NCBI GenBank assembly: GCA_002104945.1
Contig: MCFH01000101.1
Coordinates: 1-64,000, forward strand
Direction of reading: 5' to 3'
Length of the DNA stretch: 64,000 bases
From: Piromyces finnis finn
Taxonomy: Eukaryota; Fungi; Neocallimastigomycota
Shown: positions 30,389 to 45,429 of the stretch, piece after piece
Numbering within the stretch: the stretch's first letter is position 1
Layout of the letters: every line of letters begins with the position of its first letter
Notes under the pieces: generated by a model
What the model was told of the DNA's origin: nothing
The model's database searches: none
What the model saw: only the letters and a program-made list of their open reading frames with translations
Position numbers and translations under genes: made by a program

Positions 30389-32215
30389 TACTCCTTGAAT
30401 AGTAATATGCTCTTAAAATTAACATTTCTTTCCAGATATTGTCCTGTAAGTTCATCTTGTAGTTTAGCTGTATTCCAAGATATTCCTCTTATAATAAAAA
30501 GTCTGATAAAATAGGGTTCTAATCTATTTCTTCGTTAATTTCTAATCTTTATTTTATCCCTTATTTTATAGTTGTTTTTATTCATCATACTTTGCTGAGC
30601 TAATCTTCTACTTTTCCAATAATTTATTGTCTTTAACGTTTTACTGGCAGCTTGTTTTACTCATTTTAAAAACATTTCCATTAATAATCCTTCTACTGAT
30701 CTTTCTTTTATTATTAATATTGAATTTCTTATATTGATGTCAATTGGAATATTATCTGATCTTCCATGCAATAGTTCAAAACTTGAATAACCAGTAGACA
30801 CAGATTTACAAATTCGGATAGCCCATAATGCAATTGGTAGCAATACATCCCAGTTTTCATTATTATCAGTGAAATTTCTTAATTGCTTGCCAATTTTTCT
30901 GTTCCTATTTTCAATCAGTCCATTATATTCCGGATGGTATGTGCTAATAAAATGAATATATACGTCATATAGGTCTACAAATATTTTTGTATATTCAGAA
31001 ACAAATTGAATGTAAAGATATCAAACGCCACAGATTGATATCTTTAATATAACTTAAGCCATAATCATTATTGTTTAAGTTACACGAATTATATTACAGA
31101 AAAAGAAAATGAGACATAATTTATTTATTAATAATTAAAGTTTAAAACAAAATAAATTATTAATTTATTTTTAATGTTTAACAAATAAATTAAAATTCTC
31201 AATTCAAACCCCTAGTTTTAGTATTGTTTTGTAATAGAAATAGATATATAGTATATAATTATTAAATGATTAATATATCAATAATACATGGGCACATATT
31301 CAAATTGAATAGTACTTAATTTGAATTGCCAACTGTATTTTACTAAAAATAGTTATAGTTTAAATATTTATTAATAATTAAGATTTTAGGTGTAGATTTT
31401 AAATAATAATATATAAGAAATAAATAATTATAATATAGCATAAATGTATTTAGGAAAAATATAAATAGAAGATATTTTTCATCATTTTATCGATGTATTG
31501 TTATTAATAAAATTTCTATTATAATAAAAGATATTTTTTAATAAAACAATTTTATTTCTTATTTTATTCATTTAGTGTTATTGTAATAGAATAGATATCC
31601 TAATCTATTCTTTTTGTGTTAGCATTACACTGTACATCATTATCTGACATTATTAATTGTGGAATTTCATGCTTGCTGAACACTTCAACTAAAAAATTGG
31701 TTACATCTTGAGAGGTAGTAGTTCTAACTGGTTTTTCTTCTACCCACTTTGTAAAATAATCTACGCGTATCATTATATATTTGTTTCCAAGTGTAGTTTC
31801 TTTTGATGGACCTATAATACCAAAACCAAGTCTAACAAAAGGAGCTTTGACAGGTGTTCTAAATTTTTCCGTTGGTTTTGGTAGTAGTTTCAATTTGTTT
31901 AATTGATAGATTTTGCATAAGGAGACATATTTTTTTACATCAATAATTAAACTTTTTCAATAATATTTATTCTTGTTCCTTTCATATGTTTTTTGTACAC
32001 CTTCGTGTTCTGTTCTATATTCCTTTGCAGTTATCTTGGTTTTTGTATAAGGATCGTCAATAATCTCTCAAAAATTATTATTATCTTTGAAATATAGTTT
32101 ATTGTCAATAATGGCAATTTTATAATTTAAAAATTTTTTCATAAAATTGGAAACAACTTTTTCGTTTTCCCCCTCGTTAAAATTGGAACTATTGGTTTTA
32201 TTAGAGATATCAATA
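30389..32215 (-). pseudogene. pol: Degenerate Gypsy integrase (zinc finger, core, C-terminus), split by LTR N2 at 31011-31629
   Basis: Reverse strand reads HEGVQKTYER..CKICQL, VDYFTKWVEEKP, SDNDVQ|FVSEYTKIFVDLYDVY, LWAIRICKS, FELLHGR. Confidence 0.9.
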
Positions 32216-32222
32216 TTGTCAA

Positions 32223-32520
<298 letters not shown>

Positions 32521-33039
32521 TATTGTATAAATAAATGGAACAAAGAGTAACTTTAAAAGGTTCTTTATGAAAGGGTTCTAATAAATAATTTTTTTTCACA
32601 CAGTAAAAATATAATAAAACAAATACATTAAATACTACAACTAAGAATTAATTTTGTATATAATTTTCTTATTATATTTACAATATATTAATTGTCAAGA
32701 ATAGAAAACGATTAATAAATAAATTGAAATATTCAAACAATAATCTAAAAATCATCTTTATATTTCAAAAATTATAAAATAATTAAAAGGACACTTTGGA
32801 GAAATTTAATATTGAAAAGGGTTAAGGATCACAAAAATTTAATCTTCAATACATTAATCCTTGAGTAAAAAATACATTATATAAAACTAATGGTAACTTC
32901 GGAATCTCGCGTCCTATTTCCATTTTTCTATAAACGTTAAACTAACTATGTTAGAAAGTACGAGTCAAGATCAATATCCTCATGAATTTCCAGTTATTTT
33001 AGATCACTAGTTCTAAAGATATGACTATTTAAAGACCTA

Positions 33040-33884
33040 ATTAGTACCAATTAATATATATTGAAATGATCAATATTAATTTATATAATTAAAATCATTA
33101 TTCAAGTCATCCAACTTTCTATAAATAATTTAATTTAAAAATTCTCCATTATTATTAAATAAGGTTAGATAATAAGTATTCTTGATTACAAACCTAATCA
33201 ATTATAAAAATTAATTAATAATTTCTCAAATAATTTTTGATTATTAACTTCAATCAAAACCAAACCAAAAAACCTTTTGATCAAAAATCATTAGTAATAA
33301 TTATTAATTAATTAATCATGAGAATACATAATTAGCATCAGCAATTGTTACTCTCAATTTATGATATTAAATATTTATAATTTAATATGTTTAAAATAAT
33401 ACTTTTTATTTAAAAGAAATCTAAAAGATTAATCTTAAGATCTATCATATGAATTCATATCAATATCAACTATTAATATTTTAATTTAAAATTATTTTAT
33501 TTTTATCTTTATTATTAATATCAATATTATATCAATGTAATTTTATTAATTGTAAGAAAAGTATTTAAACAAAAAATTGAAATCATTTTGAAATTTTTTG
33601 TAAGATTATTAATTATTAATTAGTATTTATTACAATATAACTTGATAAATATTATTTTAATTGACAAATGATTAATAAATAAATTTTATAAATAATTTAT
33701 ATCAAATAAAAGAGTTTATATTAATTATAAGAAACCATTTAATTTTAAATTAGTATTGATTAGATTCTTTAACCGTTTTAAAGAAATAGTTTAATAATAA
33801 ACAAGTTTAATATTTTATTATTAAATTAAGTTATAATATAAAACATTCTAACCAAGTTGCGTACCACCCCAAGCCCACTTCACA
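33040..33884. mobile_element. Reversed Q-family LTR (left end approximate)
   Basis: Reverse reads TGTGAAGTGGGCTTGGGG..CAACTTGGTTAGAATGTTT, matching 39626 TGTAAAGTGGGAGGGCTTGGG..AACTTGGTCAGAGCGTTT; the bodies also match. Confidence 0.7.
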
Positions 33885-33892
33885 TTAATTCA

Positions 33893-34116
33893 TGTTACGG
33901 ATTTCACTTCAGTTAGGTCGGAATATACATATTTACCCTAAGTTTATTAATTTAATAAATAAATGAATAAATAAATATTTTAAATAAATAACATTTTATT
34001 AATTAACTTTATTTATTAATAAATTTTTATTTAAAGAAAAATTTTTATTTATTAAATATTATTATAATTAGAGTAAATATTTATATTCCGACCTAACTGA
34101 AGTGAAATCCGTAACA
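33893..34116. repeat. 224-bp unit with perfect 35-bp terminal inverted repeats, derived from the D-LTR end
   Basis: TGTTACGGATTTCACTTCAGTTAGGTCGGAATATA at 33893 and its exact reverse complement ending at 34116. The interior is the reverse of 34990-35201. Confidence 0.88.
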
Positions 34117-34552
34117 ATGAACTCTCCACTCTACTACAAGACTTTGGGACTTCAAACTACTAGTTAGATCTTAAGGTTTTGTGGACTTCAAGTTGCCTTG
34201 GAATGTACAAATACATTTATTAAAGAAATAAACGCCACCTACGCCACATATGTTAACATATATTTTGGAAAATTTTTTGAGAAATGAATTTGGTGGAATT
34301 TGAAATGGAATTATGAGATTTTTGAAATTTGAATGTTGGAGAAAGTTATTAATCTATCTTTGAATTAAGGACTACTAAAATAAGTAATACTATTCTATCC
34401 TCTACTAAATGTAGAACTCCACATCCACATTGTGGATATAATTTTAAATTATACAAATTAAACTTAATGGTTGTCTCATGAAGATTTTATATATTTCATT
34501 ATTAAATTAATTTATAAAAATTGCCTAGAATTCAATTTTTGTAGACGGGCAA

Positions 34553-35201
34553 TGTCATGAATATTAGTGGATTCATGATTATTTATTTAATTAGTGTTCT
34601 ATTCGTTTAATTAATTAGAAATATTTTATTATAAAACATAATTAAATAATATTTTAAGAGATATTAATTAATTATAATTGTTAAGATTTTATATTTATTA
34701 AAATTAAAATTTGAATTAATATCTCTTTATTCATTTGATTAAGAAGGAAATTAAAACTAAATTATAAAATAATCATTCCTTCTACAAATGATTGATAACA
34801 TGACTTTTATAATTATTAAATTTAACACGAGTGAAAAGTCATATATAATTAATATATAATTAATTTATAGAATAGTTAATTAATATAAATAATTAGTCAT
34901 GTATTAAATTTAAAATGTATTCCTTAATATTAGAGATAGTATAAATACTCGAGAAAATTCCTATCATTAGGGATTTCGAGAGTTCATTACATTTAATATT
35001 TACTCTAATTATAATAATATTTAATAAATAAAAATTTTTCTTTAAATAAAATTTTTTCTTTAAATAAAAATTTATTAATAAATAAAGTTAATTAATAAAA
35101 TGTTATTTATTTAAAATATTTATTTATTCATTTATTTATTAAATTAATAAACTTAGGGTAAATATGTGTATTCCGACCTAACTGAAGTGAAATCGGTAAC
35201 A
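34553..35201. mobile_element. D-family LTR ending 66 bp upstream of tRNA-Glu; flanks do not form a TSD
   Basis: TGTCATGAATATTAGTGG..AAATCGGTAACA; left GGCAA, right ATACA. Confidence 0.85.
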
Positions 35202-35267
35202 ATACATTGTAGTTAAGAATTTGCATATATAATTAAAATTATATATTTAGATTACATATGAAGATTA

Positions 35268-35339
35268 TCCGCATTGGTCCAGTGGCTAGGATTCCACGCT
35301 TTCACCGTGGCGGCCGGGGTTCGATTCCCCGATGCGGAA
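35268..35339 (+). tRNA. tRNA-Glu(TTC)
   Basis: TCCGCAT/ATGCGGA, CCACG-CTTTCAC-CGTGG, GGTTCGATTCC. Confidence 0.96.
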
Positions 35340-35349
35340 ATCTTTAAAA

Positions 35350-35423
35350 GCTCGCGTAGCCTAATTGGATAGGGCGTCAGACTTCTAATCTGAAGATTGC
35401 GGGTTCGAGTCCCGCCGTGAGTG
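35350..35423 (+). tRNA. tRNA-Arg(TCT), intronless, 10 nt downstream of tRNA-Glu
   Basis: GCTCGCG/CGTGAGT, TCAGA-CTTCTAA-TCTGA, GGTTCGAGTCC. Confidence 0.96.
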
Positions 35424-36301
35424 AAAAAAAATTATTTTATAGAATATTCATTAAGATAAAATAGGTAGTTTTATTTACTTATCATATCATATATGCATTA
35501 CATTTCTTATTTTATAAATATATAATTCATTTATTCATTTGCCAAAATGAATTTTCTATATTATATTAACTTTAGAAGAATAAGTTATTAGGAATAGCAA
35601 TTAAATAGTTAAATAACAAAAGGTTTTATTTTTTGTTTAATAATTTCTTTTTTATTTTAATATTTTAAATGAAATTTACGGTAGATTTGATTAATACTAT
35701 AAGAGCATTATTATTAAATTTTATATAAATAATTAATCTTTTAAAAAGACGTAGGTTTCAATTCAACTTAACTCAGCTCAACTATTATATATCTATCTAT
35801 TATTTTTGAATTACTAAAGTTAAGTAATTTAAAATTTTATTCTAATTATTGGAGAGAATAATTTATAAAACTTATAAAAAGGGAAACTATTTTTGAATAT
35901 TAAATCATTAAAGCATTAATAAAATTATAAAATACTGCATTTTATGAGTTTGTAGAGTGTATAGTTGATTTTAATATTTTAATATTAATATATATTATTC
36001 TACTATAGTTTAATTTATTATCAGCGTCAAATCCCAAAATATATTAACATGGTGTTTTTGTATTCTTAATGAGGTATAATTACTTCTTATTATGTGGAAA
36101 TAATTCTATATAATTTTATACTCAAGGATTTATAATTTATGCCAAATTATAAAATTAAACTTAATGTTTTCTTGGAAATATCAAAGACTAGAATTATTTT
36201 CAAATATTCTTATTTCTTAAGACAAATAGATAATAGATGGAAGCATTTCTATTAAATGCTTTATAAATTCTAATAGATATATCATATATATTATACAAAT
36301 T

Positions 36302-36620
36302 TAATATATAATACAATAATTACCATATTAAAATATAAGCTCTGCTATTAATTTAATATATAATACAATAATTACCATATTAAAATATAAGCTCTGCTAT
36401 TAATTTAATATATAATACAATAATTACCATATTAAAATATAAGCTCTGCTATTAATTTAATATATAATACAATAATTACCATATTAAAATATAAGCTCTG
36501 CTATTAATTTAATATATAATACAATAATTACCATATTAAAATATAAGCTCTGCTATTAATTTAATATATAATACAATAATTACCATATTAAAATATAAGC
36601 TCTGCTATTAATTTAATATA
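36302..36620. repeat. 52-bp minisatellite, 6 copies
   Basis: GCTCTGCT recurs at 36339, 36391, 36443, 36495, 36547 and 36599. Confidence 0.93.
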
Positions 36621-37185
36621 TTGAATATATATGATTTTTATAACACTTTATATTTGTGAATTTCTTTTAACATTTCTTGGAATTTTATTTAAATTATTTA
36701 AGGAAAAGATAATTTACAATATTATCCTTTAATATTTCTTGGGATTATACTTAAATTATTTAGGAGAAAAATAGTTTACAATATTATTCTTTAATTTCTT
36801 CTAAGACAAATCAAATAAATGAGCGAATGTGCGGTTCTTTCTAATCGTAATTATTATTAAATATTTATGACTAATATAAAACTATCACTTAAATTGCTTT
36901 ATTAAATATTTATATATATAAAAGCATTTCTAGTGAATTAAAGGAATAAACCTTTATTTAAATACATAGTCATAAAAAATACTAATATTTCATAATTAAA
37001 ATTGTTAAACTGGTGAGATTAATGATATATATTGTTTTTAATCTAATAATGATAAATGGACATTAATTAATCAATTCGATAATATTTAATTAAAATTTGT
37101 TTTTAAAAATACTTTCAGAATTCATGATTAGCAGGATCATATAACATTTCTTATATTATATATTTTGATTTTAGTAAAAATTTAT

Positions 37186-37417
37186 AAATATAAATATAAA
37201 TATAAATATAAATATAAATATAAATATAAATATAAATAAATATAAATATAAATATAAATATAAATATAAATATAAATATAAATATAAATATAAATATAAA
37301 TATAAATATAAATATAAATATAAATATAAATATAAATATAAATATAAATATAAATATAAATATAAATATAAATATAAATATAAATATAAATATAAATATA
37401 AATATAAATATAAATAT
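37186..37417. repeat. (TATAAA)n
   Basis: Direct reading; source of the spurious 37171-37536 ORF. Confidence 0.92.
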
Positions 37418-37456
37418 AATAAATAAAAAGTGGTATATTTATATTTTTTATTAAAA

Positions 37457-37528
37457 TGGAGAGTGAGTGATTCGAACACCCAACCTTCCGCTCTGGAGGC
37501 GGACGCGCTACCGTTGCGCCAACCCTCC
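37457..37528 (-). tRNA. tRNA-Trp(CCA)
   Basis: Reverse complement GGAGGGT..TCCGC-CTCCAGA-GCGGA..GGGTG-TTCGAAT-CACTC-ACTCTCC-A. Identical copy at 56823. Confidence 0.96.
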
Positions 37529-37552
37529 CACTTCATTGACTTCTATTAATTT

Positions 37553-38160
37553 TGTTATGGTATGATATTACCTTAATTCTATAAATGAATATAGAAAGTG
37601 ACAATCTGTATCTAAAATTTAATAAATAGAAATAAAAAAAAAAATAATAAATGATTTTTATACTTGTTCATTTGAAAATCTTTGTTAATTTAAAATATAA
37701 ATTTATTTTATTTGTTCATTTGCAAGTCCTTGTTAGTTAAAAATATAAATTTATTTTATTTAATTATAAAGTTTTAATATTTAATAACTCTTGTATTATT
37801 AAATATATATATATATTATTATTATTCAATACATCTCGTATGTGTATTATTATAATTACAAATATTATTTTATATAAATTATATATCTAATTTTACTGGA
37901 TTATTAGGAACCATTTAATAAATTTAATATAATATATCTAATTTTGACGGATTATTAGGAACAATTTTTAAAATAAAGTAATTCTAACACTATTTATACA
38001 TTTATAGTATTTTAAAGTATTATATTAATAAACAATTAATTAGCTATTTAATTAATTAATAAATAAATAAGTAGTTTCTTGTTTACATTTATAATTTTAA
38101 AATTAATAATTTATATAAATACTTTAGTACTAATTTAATTATTTATTTGTGTTTAAAATA
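37553..38160. mobile_element. Reversed H-family LTR, terminus 24 bp upstream of tRNA-Trp; right end approximate
   Basis: Starts TGTTATGGTATGATATTACC, the reverse of the H end; body is the reverse of 39180-39625. Confidence 0.7.
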
Positions 38161-38195
38161 ATGTTATTAATAAGTAGGGTTAGAGCATTATGACC

Positions 38196-38275
<80 letters not shown>

Positions 38276-38299
38276 GTAATAATAATAATAATAATAATA

Positions 38300-38358
<59 letters not shown>

Positions 38359-39069
38359 CTTTATAAAGAATTAATTTTATGAATTTAACTAAACTATTTA
38401 TATTCTTTGTAAAATTTAATTTAATAATAAAATAACTTTCGATACATAATTTGTTTTCATAACATATTTAATAATACTAAACTAAACATAAAAATAAAAT
38501 ATAATTTGTTAACTAGATATTAATAATATTAATAATACTAACTATTATATAAATAATTATTTATAGTTAAAAATAGTATAATTTTTTAATTCAAAGATTA
38601 TGAAATATTTTAATATTTTATTGAAATAATTATTATAAAATGAAGTTATTATCTTCCCGAGGATTAAATTGGAAAAGATAATTTAGTTTTACAGAATGAT
38701 TTATGAGTGATACATCAGAAGTGATCATTCTCTGAATTATCAATAATCATTTGTGCATAAAAATTGTTAAACACGGTATCTCGCAAACCAGGAAAGATAT
38801 CATGCTCGTGGCTTTCTAATGAACGTGGTTTCATCAAAGATAATTTCATCAAAAAACCAACATTCGTTGTCGAGCTATGAATGATTTTTGTTATTAAATT
38901 ATGGTCTTAAGGGCTAAAGGTGTTTATAATAACCTTTATAGAGTGTTAAGATCGTATTACTTTAATTTTAATATTTACCAATATTGTTTTGTATTTTTTA
39001 AAATTTGATAAATATTAATTTTTTAATATTTCAAAAGTAATTTCACAACTTCAACTAGTATTCGTGACA
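38196..39069. mobile_element. Reversed F-family LTR (F2), TSD TGACC; left terminus overgrown by (AAT)n
   Basis: Ends ACTAGTATTCGTGACA; TGACC at 38191-38195 and 39070-39074. Confidence 0.8.
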
Positions 39070-39113
39070 TGACCTGGAATTTATACTAAATATAGTATTT
39101 TCTGTTTGTTACA

Positions 39114-40235
39114 TGTCACAAATAATAAATAATTAAATTTATAAATTAAATATATTATTATAATGAAATTATTTTAAACACAGATTAAAAGTAATTAAAT
39201 TAGTATTAAAATATTTATATATAAAATCATTAGTTTTAAAATTATAAATGTAAACAAGAATTATTTTTTTTTCATTTGTTTATTAATTATCTATTTTAAA
39301 ATATTAATATAACACTCTAAAATAGTATAAATGTATAAATAGTGATAGAATTAGTTTATTTAAAAAAATGTTCCTAATAATCCAGTAAAATTGGATATAA
39401 AATTTATGTTAAATAATATTTATAATTATATTTTACATACATACAAGGTGTATCAATTAATAGTATATAAATATTTAATAATGCAAGAGTTATTAAATAT
39501 TAAAATTTTATACTTGAATAAAATAAAATTATATTTTAAAAAAAACTAACAAAGACTTGGTAAATGAAAAAGTTTATTTATTTTTAATAATTTATTTATT
39601 AAATTTTAGATATAGATATTATCACTGTAAAGTGGGAGGGCTTGGGAGAGATATGTAACTTGGTCAGAGCGTTTCTTTATTATAACTTATAACTTAATTC
39701 AATAATTAAAATATTAAATTTATTTATTATTAAACTTCTTCTTTAAAACGATTAAAGAATTTAAATAATAATAATAATACGAATTTATAATTAAATGATT
39801 TTATAATTAAAACCTTTTTATTTAATATGATTATTTATAAATTTCATTTATTAATGATTTGATTATTAAAATAATATTAATAATTGATATTGATATGAAT
39901 TCATATGATAGCTCTTAAGATTAATCTTTAAAATTACTTTTAAATAAAAAGTATTGTTTTAACCATATTAAATTGTAAATATTTAGTATTCTCAATCGAG
40001 AATAGAAATTAATGATACAAATTATATATTTTTATGATGATTAATTAATTAATAATTATTATTAATTACTTTTTGACCATAATGATTTTTGATTTTATTT
40101 GATTTTGATTATTGAGGTTATTAGCCAGAAATTATTTAAAATAAATACTAATTAATTTTTATAATTGATTGATTAGATTTGAAATTAAGAGTAATTATTA
40201 TCTAACCTTATTTAATAATAATGGAGAATTTTTGT
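39114..40235. mobile_element. H-family LTR (39114-39625) interrupted by a Q-family LTR (39626 to about 40235)
   Basis: TGTCACAAATAATAAAT start; H stops at GATATTATCAC and is followed by TGTAAAGTGGGAGGG. Confidence 0.65.
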
Positions 40236-41261
40236 GAATATTTGTGAGTATATAAGTTTTAACTAGTACTTTCTAACAAAACTAATTTGACGTCCCTAGA
40301 AAACGGAAATAGGACGCAATATTCGGAAGTTATTATTGTTTTCATATATTGTATATTTTGCATAAGGGTTAATTTATTGAAAATCGAATCCTTGTGATTC
40401 TTAACCCTTTCCAATATTAAATTTTTCCAAAGTGACCTTTTAATTATTTTTAAGAGTATTTTATAATTTTTAAAATATAAAATTGGTTTTTAAATTATTT
40501 ATTTGAATATTTAATTTATTATTAATTATCTTCTATTCTTAACAATCACATTATATATTTATTTATAGAATTAAAATAATATCCACTTAGTATTATAAAT
40601 TGTTGAGGTTCATAAATAAATTGTTGGAATAGTGGAATATCAATAAATAAGGTAGATAAATATAAAATAAAGTAAATTTATTAGTTATGCATAGGATTTA
40701 TACTAGGATGGACTATACATCATTCACTTTACACTACAAAATATATTGTTATTTTACTTTAGTCCAATATATTTTTAAATAATATAATATAATATTTTTA
40801 ATAAATAATAAATTCTAGGATTTAGATGGAACAGTAAATTTAAAATAAAAGTGCGTTTTATAATTAACAAATAAATCTCTTTAAAACTTAAAAAATAAAT
40901 TTATCAATTATGCTTTTAAATTATCTCTTTATTATATTTTTATTATTTTTATTGTTTATTCATTGTCCCCCCCTTTTAAAGGAGAAATTTATCCTCCCTT
41001 TATGCATTTTTCATTTATTACATTTATTACATTTATTATTATTTTAACTATTTACTATTACTAATTACTATTGTTATTATTTGTTAAAATTAAAAGAATA
41101 AATTAAAATTATACTTTAGTATTATAAAATATTACTTATTTGATCCTCTTTTACTTCAGAATGTTTAAACTTAAAAAAAAGTTATTATTAATTATCATTA
41201 ACTATCATTAAATGTATAATACCTTAAATAAAATAATTAAAATTTAAAATTAAAAGAATAT

Positions 41262-41518
41262 TAAACTAAAATGAAATTAAAATGAAACTAAAATAAAATT
41301 AAAATGAAACTAAAATAAAATTAAAATGAAACTAAAATAAAATTAAAATGAAACTAAAATAAAATTAAAATGAAACTAAAATAAAATTAAAATGAAACTA
41401 AAATAAAATTAAAATGAAACTAAAATAAAATTAAAATGAAACTAAAATAAAATTAAAATGAAACTAAAATAAAATTAAAATGAAACTAAAATAAAATTAA
41501 AATGAAACTAAAATAAAA
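41262..41518. repeat. 22-bp minisatellite
   Basis: Unit AAAATTAAAATGAAACTAAAAT. Confidence 0.9.
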
Positions 41519-43148
41519 GTATCAATTATTATAAGCACTCATTTTATACAAAAACCAAAAACATAAAAGAATTCTGTATTTTATCCTTAAAATTACTATT
41601 ATTGTTCTATTTCCAGGTTTAAGTTTGTCACTTTTAGTAATAATTACTCAATTATTTAATTATTAGTTTTTAAATATAATTTTAAAAGAATTTTTAAGGG
41701 ACATTTGGATAAACACTAGAATTAATAATTTGATATACACCATTTTATTTGAATTTATTCATTCATTTTTATTTATTATTTTATTATTTTAATATACTAA
41801 TACACTATTTAATTAAGTTGTTTTATTTAATAATTTATTTATATTTATTTCTATTAAGTCATTTTATTCAGAATTTATTATTATTTATTTAATAAAGAGA
41901 ATATTATTTATTTAAAAGGGTTATATTTTTATATAGTTATTATTCATTTATTTTAAAGGGTTATTGTTACTTATTTTTATTAAAAGTCACTATGGGTTAA
42001 GTCGTGTTTATTCGGTTAGTTTTTATTATATTTTTGTGCGAGTAGCGTATCAAGATGTAATAATTATTACTATATATTTAATAATAATTATTATCTACAA
42101 TATAATGATATAATATGTATTATTAAATTGAGAAGTTTCTTAAAAGAAAATAAAGAAATAAATACTTATCTTAAAGAGTTTATTATAAGTGAGCTATAAT
42201 AAACAACACAAAATTTTAAAGATATTTTAGTTTAAATATTTTTATTAATATAGCTTTTTGAAAAAAGCTATTTACTATAATTGTCTTATAATAATAACTC
42301 TGGATTCTTTAATGGAATCCAAGAGTTCTCTTATTTATAATTTTATTAAAATTTAAAGTTAAATGAATAATTTCTAATCTTAACAAAAAATCTTTTTAGG
42401 AAAAGATTAGAAGAAAAACCTAAAAAGAAATTCGATTGATATCTTAGACATACCAATCATCGTAATATTAAGTAAAACTTAATAAAGGAAAAACCTTAAT
42501 ATCTGATATTTCTAATTTATTAAATAAAATAAAATAAAATAAAATAAAATAAAATAAAATAAAATAAAATAAAATAAAATAAAATAAAATAAAATAAAAT
42601 AAAATAAAATAAAATAAAATAAAATAAAATAAAATAAAATAAAATAAAATAAAATAAAATAAAATAAAATAAAATAAAATAAAATAAAATAAAATAAAAT
42701 AAAATAAAATAAAATAAAATAAAATAAAATAAAATAAAATAAAATAAAATAAAATAAAATATAATAAAATAAAATAAAATAAAATAAAATAAAATGTTAC
42801 ATAATTTATAATTTGTGAAATTTTTGTATAATAATTTTACTAATAAATAAATAAATGGAAATGGATTATTAATCTCTAAATAAATACTATTAATTAAACT
42901 AAATATACGTAAAACCAATGTATTAAATAAATTTACTATATTATTTAAATGAATGAATAAATATATTTTAAATAAATATTTATAATGTAATTAAATGAAT
43001 AAGTAGTTAATGCATTAAGTAAACTTACTATATTATATTAATGAATAAATAAATATATATTAAATAAATTCAATAAATTTTTATATAATGTTTAATTACA
43101 TAATATAACTAAGAATGAATATTAAGTAATTTAATATTAATTCTTACA

Positions 43149-43533
43149 TTGCTCCTCTTCAAATGATTCTTTAAGTTCAGGATTCCTTTTTACACATGGT
43201 TCTAATTGTGAGATATGAAATATAGGTTGAAGGTGTAAGTTTTCTGGCAACTCCAGGTGGTTATTCATTCTTTCCCTCTTCTCAATGATTTTAAATAGCC
43301 CTAAATATTGTGAAGATAATTTTTTAGAAGGTTCATTGGAAAAATAGTATCTCTTTAGTTAAACCATGTCATTCACTTTAAAGTCAGAACCAGTAGATTT
43401 TTTTGGATTACCGAATTTCTTGAAATCTTCTTTAGCTTTGACTAAGTGGGCTTTTAAACCATCAAAATGAGAATCCCAGTCACTAGAAAGTTTTGAAATA
43501 TTATCCTTAAGGAGAATTGGAGGTGAGTCTATT
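43149..43533 (-). pseudogene. Gypsy integrase C-terminal remnant followed by a PPT and a probable 3' LTR starting at 43148
   Basis: Reverse reads FKVNDMV*LKRYYFSNEPSKKLSSQYLGLFKIIEK..LELPENLHLQPIFHISQLEP, then GAAGAGGAGCAA-TGTAAGAATT. Confidence 0.75.
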
Positions 43534-43612
43534 ATGCAAAATTAATTATGATTTACAAAAAAAAAAAAAAAAAACTATCCAATAGGAATTTGAATTTTTT
43601 AAAAAATATTTA

Positions 43613-43683
43613 TGCGTTAACCGGGAATCGAACCCGGGCCATTTGCTTGGAAGGCAAATATTCTACCTCTATACTATTAACGC
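43613..43683 (-). tRNA. tRNA-Gly(TCC)
   Basis: Reverse complement GCGTTAA..TTTGC-CTTCCAA-GCAAA..CCGGG-TTCGATT-CCCGG-TTAACGC-A. Confidence 0.95.
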
Positions 43684-43697
43684 CTCATATGTTAATA

Positions 43698-44503
43698 TGA
43701 TAAATAATGAAATTAATAAATATAAAATTATTATTAAACCTTAAGTTAACCCTAAAAGTAACTTAAAATAAGTTATAGTTTAATTAAGTACTTTACCAAA
43801 ATTCTTAAATAAAATTAATCCTAAACACTGCATATATTTTGATTATTGAAAGAAATTAATAAACTTTAATTAATCGAGATCAAAATATATAACTTTTGTT
43901 AAATTAATTGTTAAATTAAATGTTTAATAACTTCGTTAGTAAATTACACTTTAAAAGTAAACAAATATAATAATTCATGTTATAAAATAATATAATTAAA
44001 CACCTTTATTAAAACATTAAAAATAATTATTACTTTAATTAATTGTAAAATTAACAACTTTTTATATTCTTTAACTTTTAATTATTTCTTTTATTGTTAT
44101 TTCTAATTACTTTTATTACTTTTATTGTAAATAGTTATTAATTTTATTGTTTTAATGTAAATAGTTTAAATTTAAAAGAAAATATAAATACATGTAAATA
44201 TCCTTATTTTAATCATTATTATTATTATTAATAAAGAAATATTATATAGTTTAGTTAATATTTTTTTAATTTTAATAATCACTTTTATACTTAAATAAAT
44301 AAAATTTTAAATATTTAAATATTAGAAAAACGAGTGTTTCTAATAAAACAATTTAGTGTCTTAATAAAACAATTTTATTAATTTTTATAAAAACAATTTT
44401 AAATTCTAATCCATATAACTTATATAGTTATACTCAAAGATATAATATAATAATCACTTTTTGAAGTAAAATTCAAAATTAAGATTATTATCAAATTATA
44501 TCA
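43698..44503 (+). mobile_element. Solo LTR family A (A2), 4-bp TSD AATA, 14 bp upstream of tRNA-Gly
   Basis: TGATAAATAAT..ATTATATCA, nearly identical to 2390-3179; AATA at 43694-43697 and 44504-44507. Confidence 0.9.
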
Positions 44504-44508
44504 AATAT

Positions 44509-45426
<918 letters not shown>

Positions 45427-45429
45427 ATA

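Noticed and set aside
34128-34552. GC-richer stretch, possibly a gag/protease relic (IIQIKLNGCLMK-like)
   Set aside because: Too many stops and no catalytic motif; it cannot be assigned by eye.
36302-36620. Regular 52-bp and 57-58-bp arrays as possible CRISPR (also 51295-51690)
   Set aside because: The units are contiguous near-identical repeats with no unique spacers, and there are no cas genes in this eukaryotic context.
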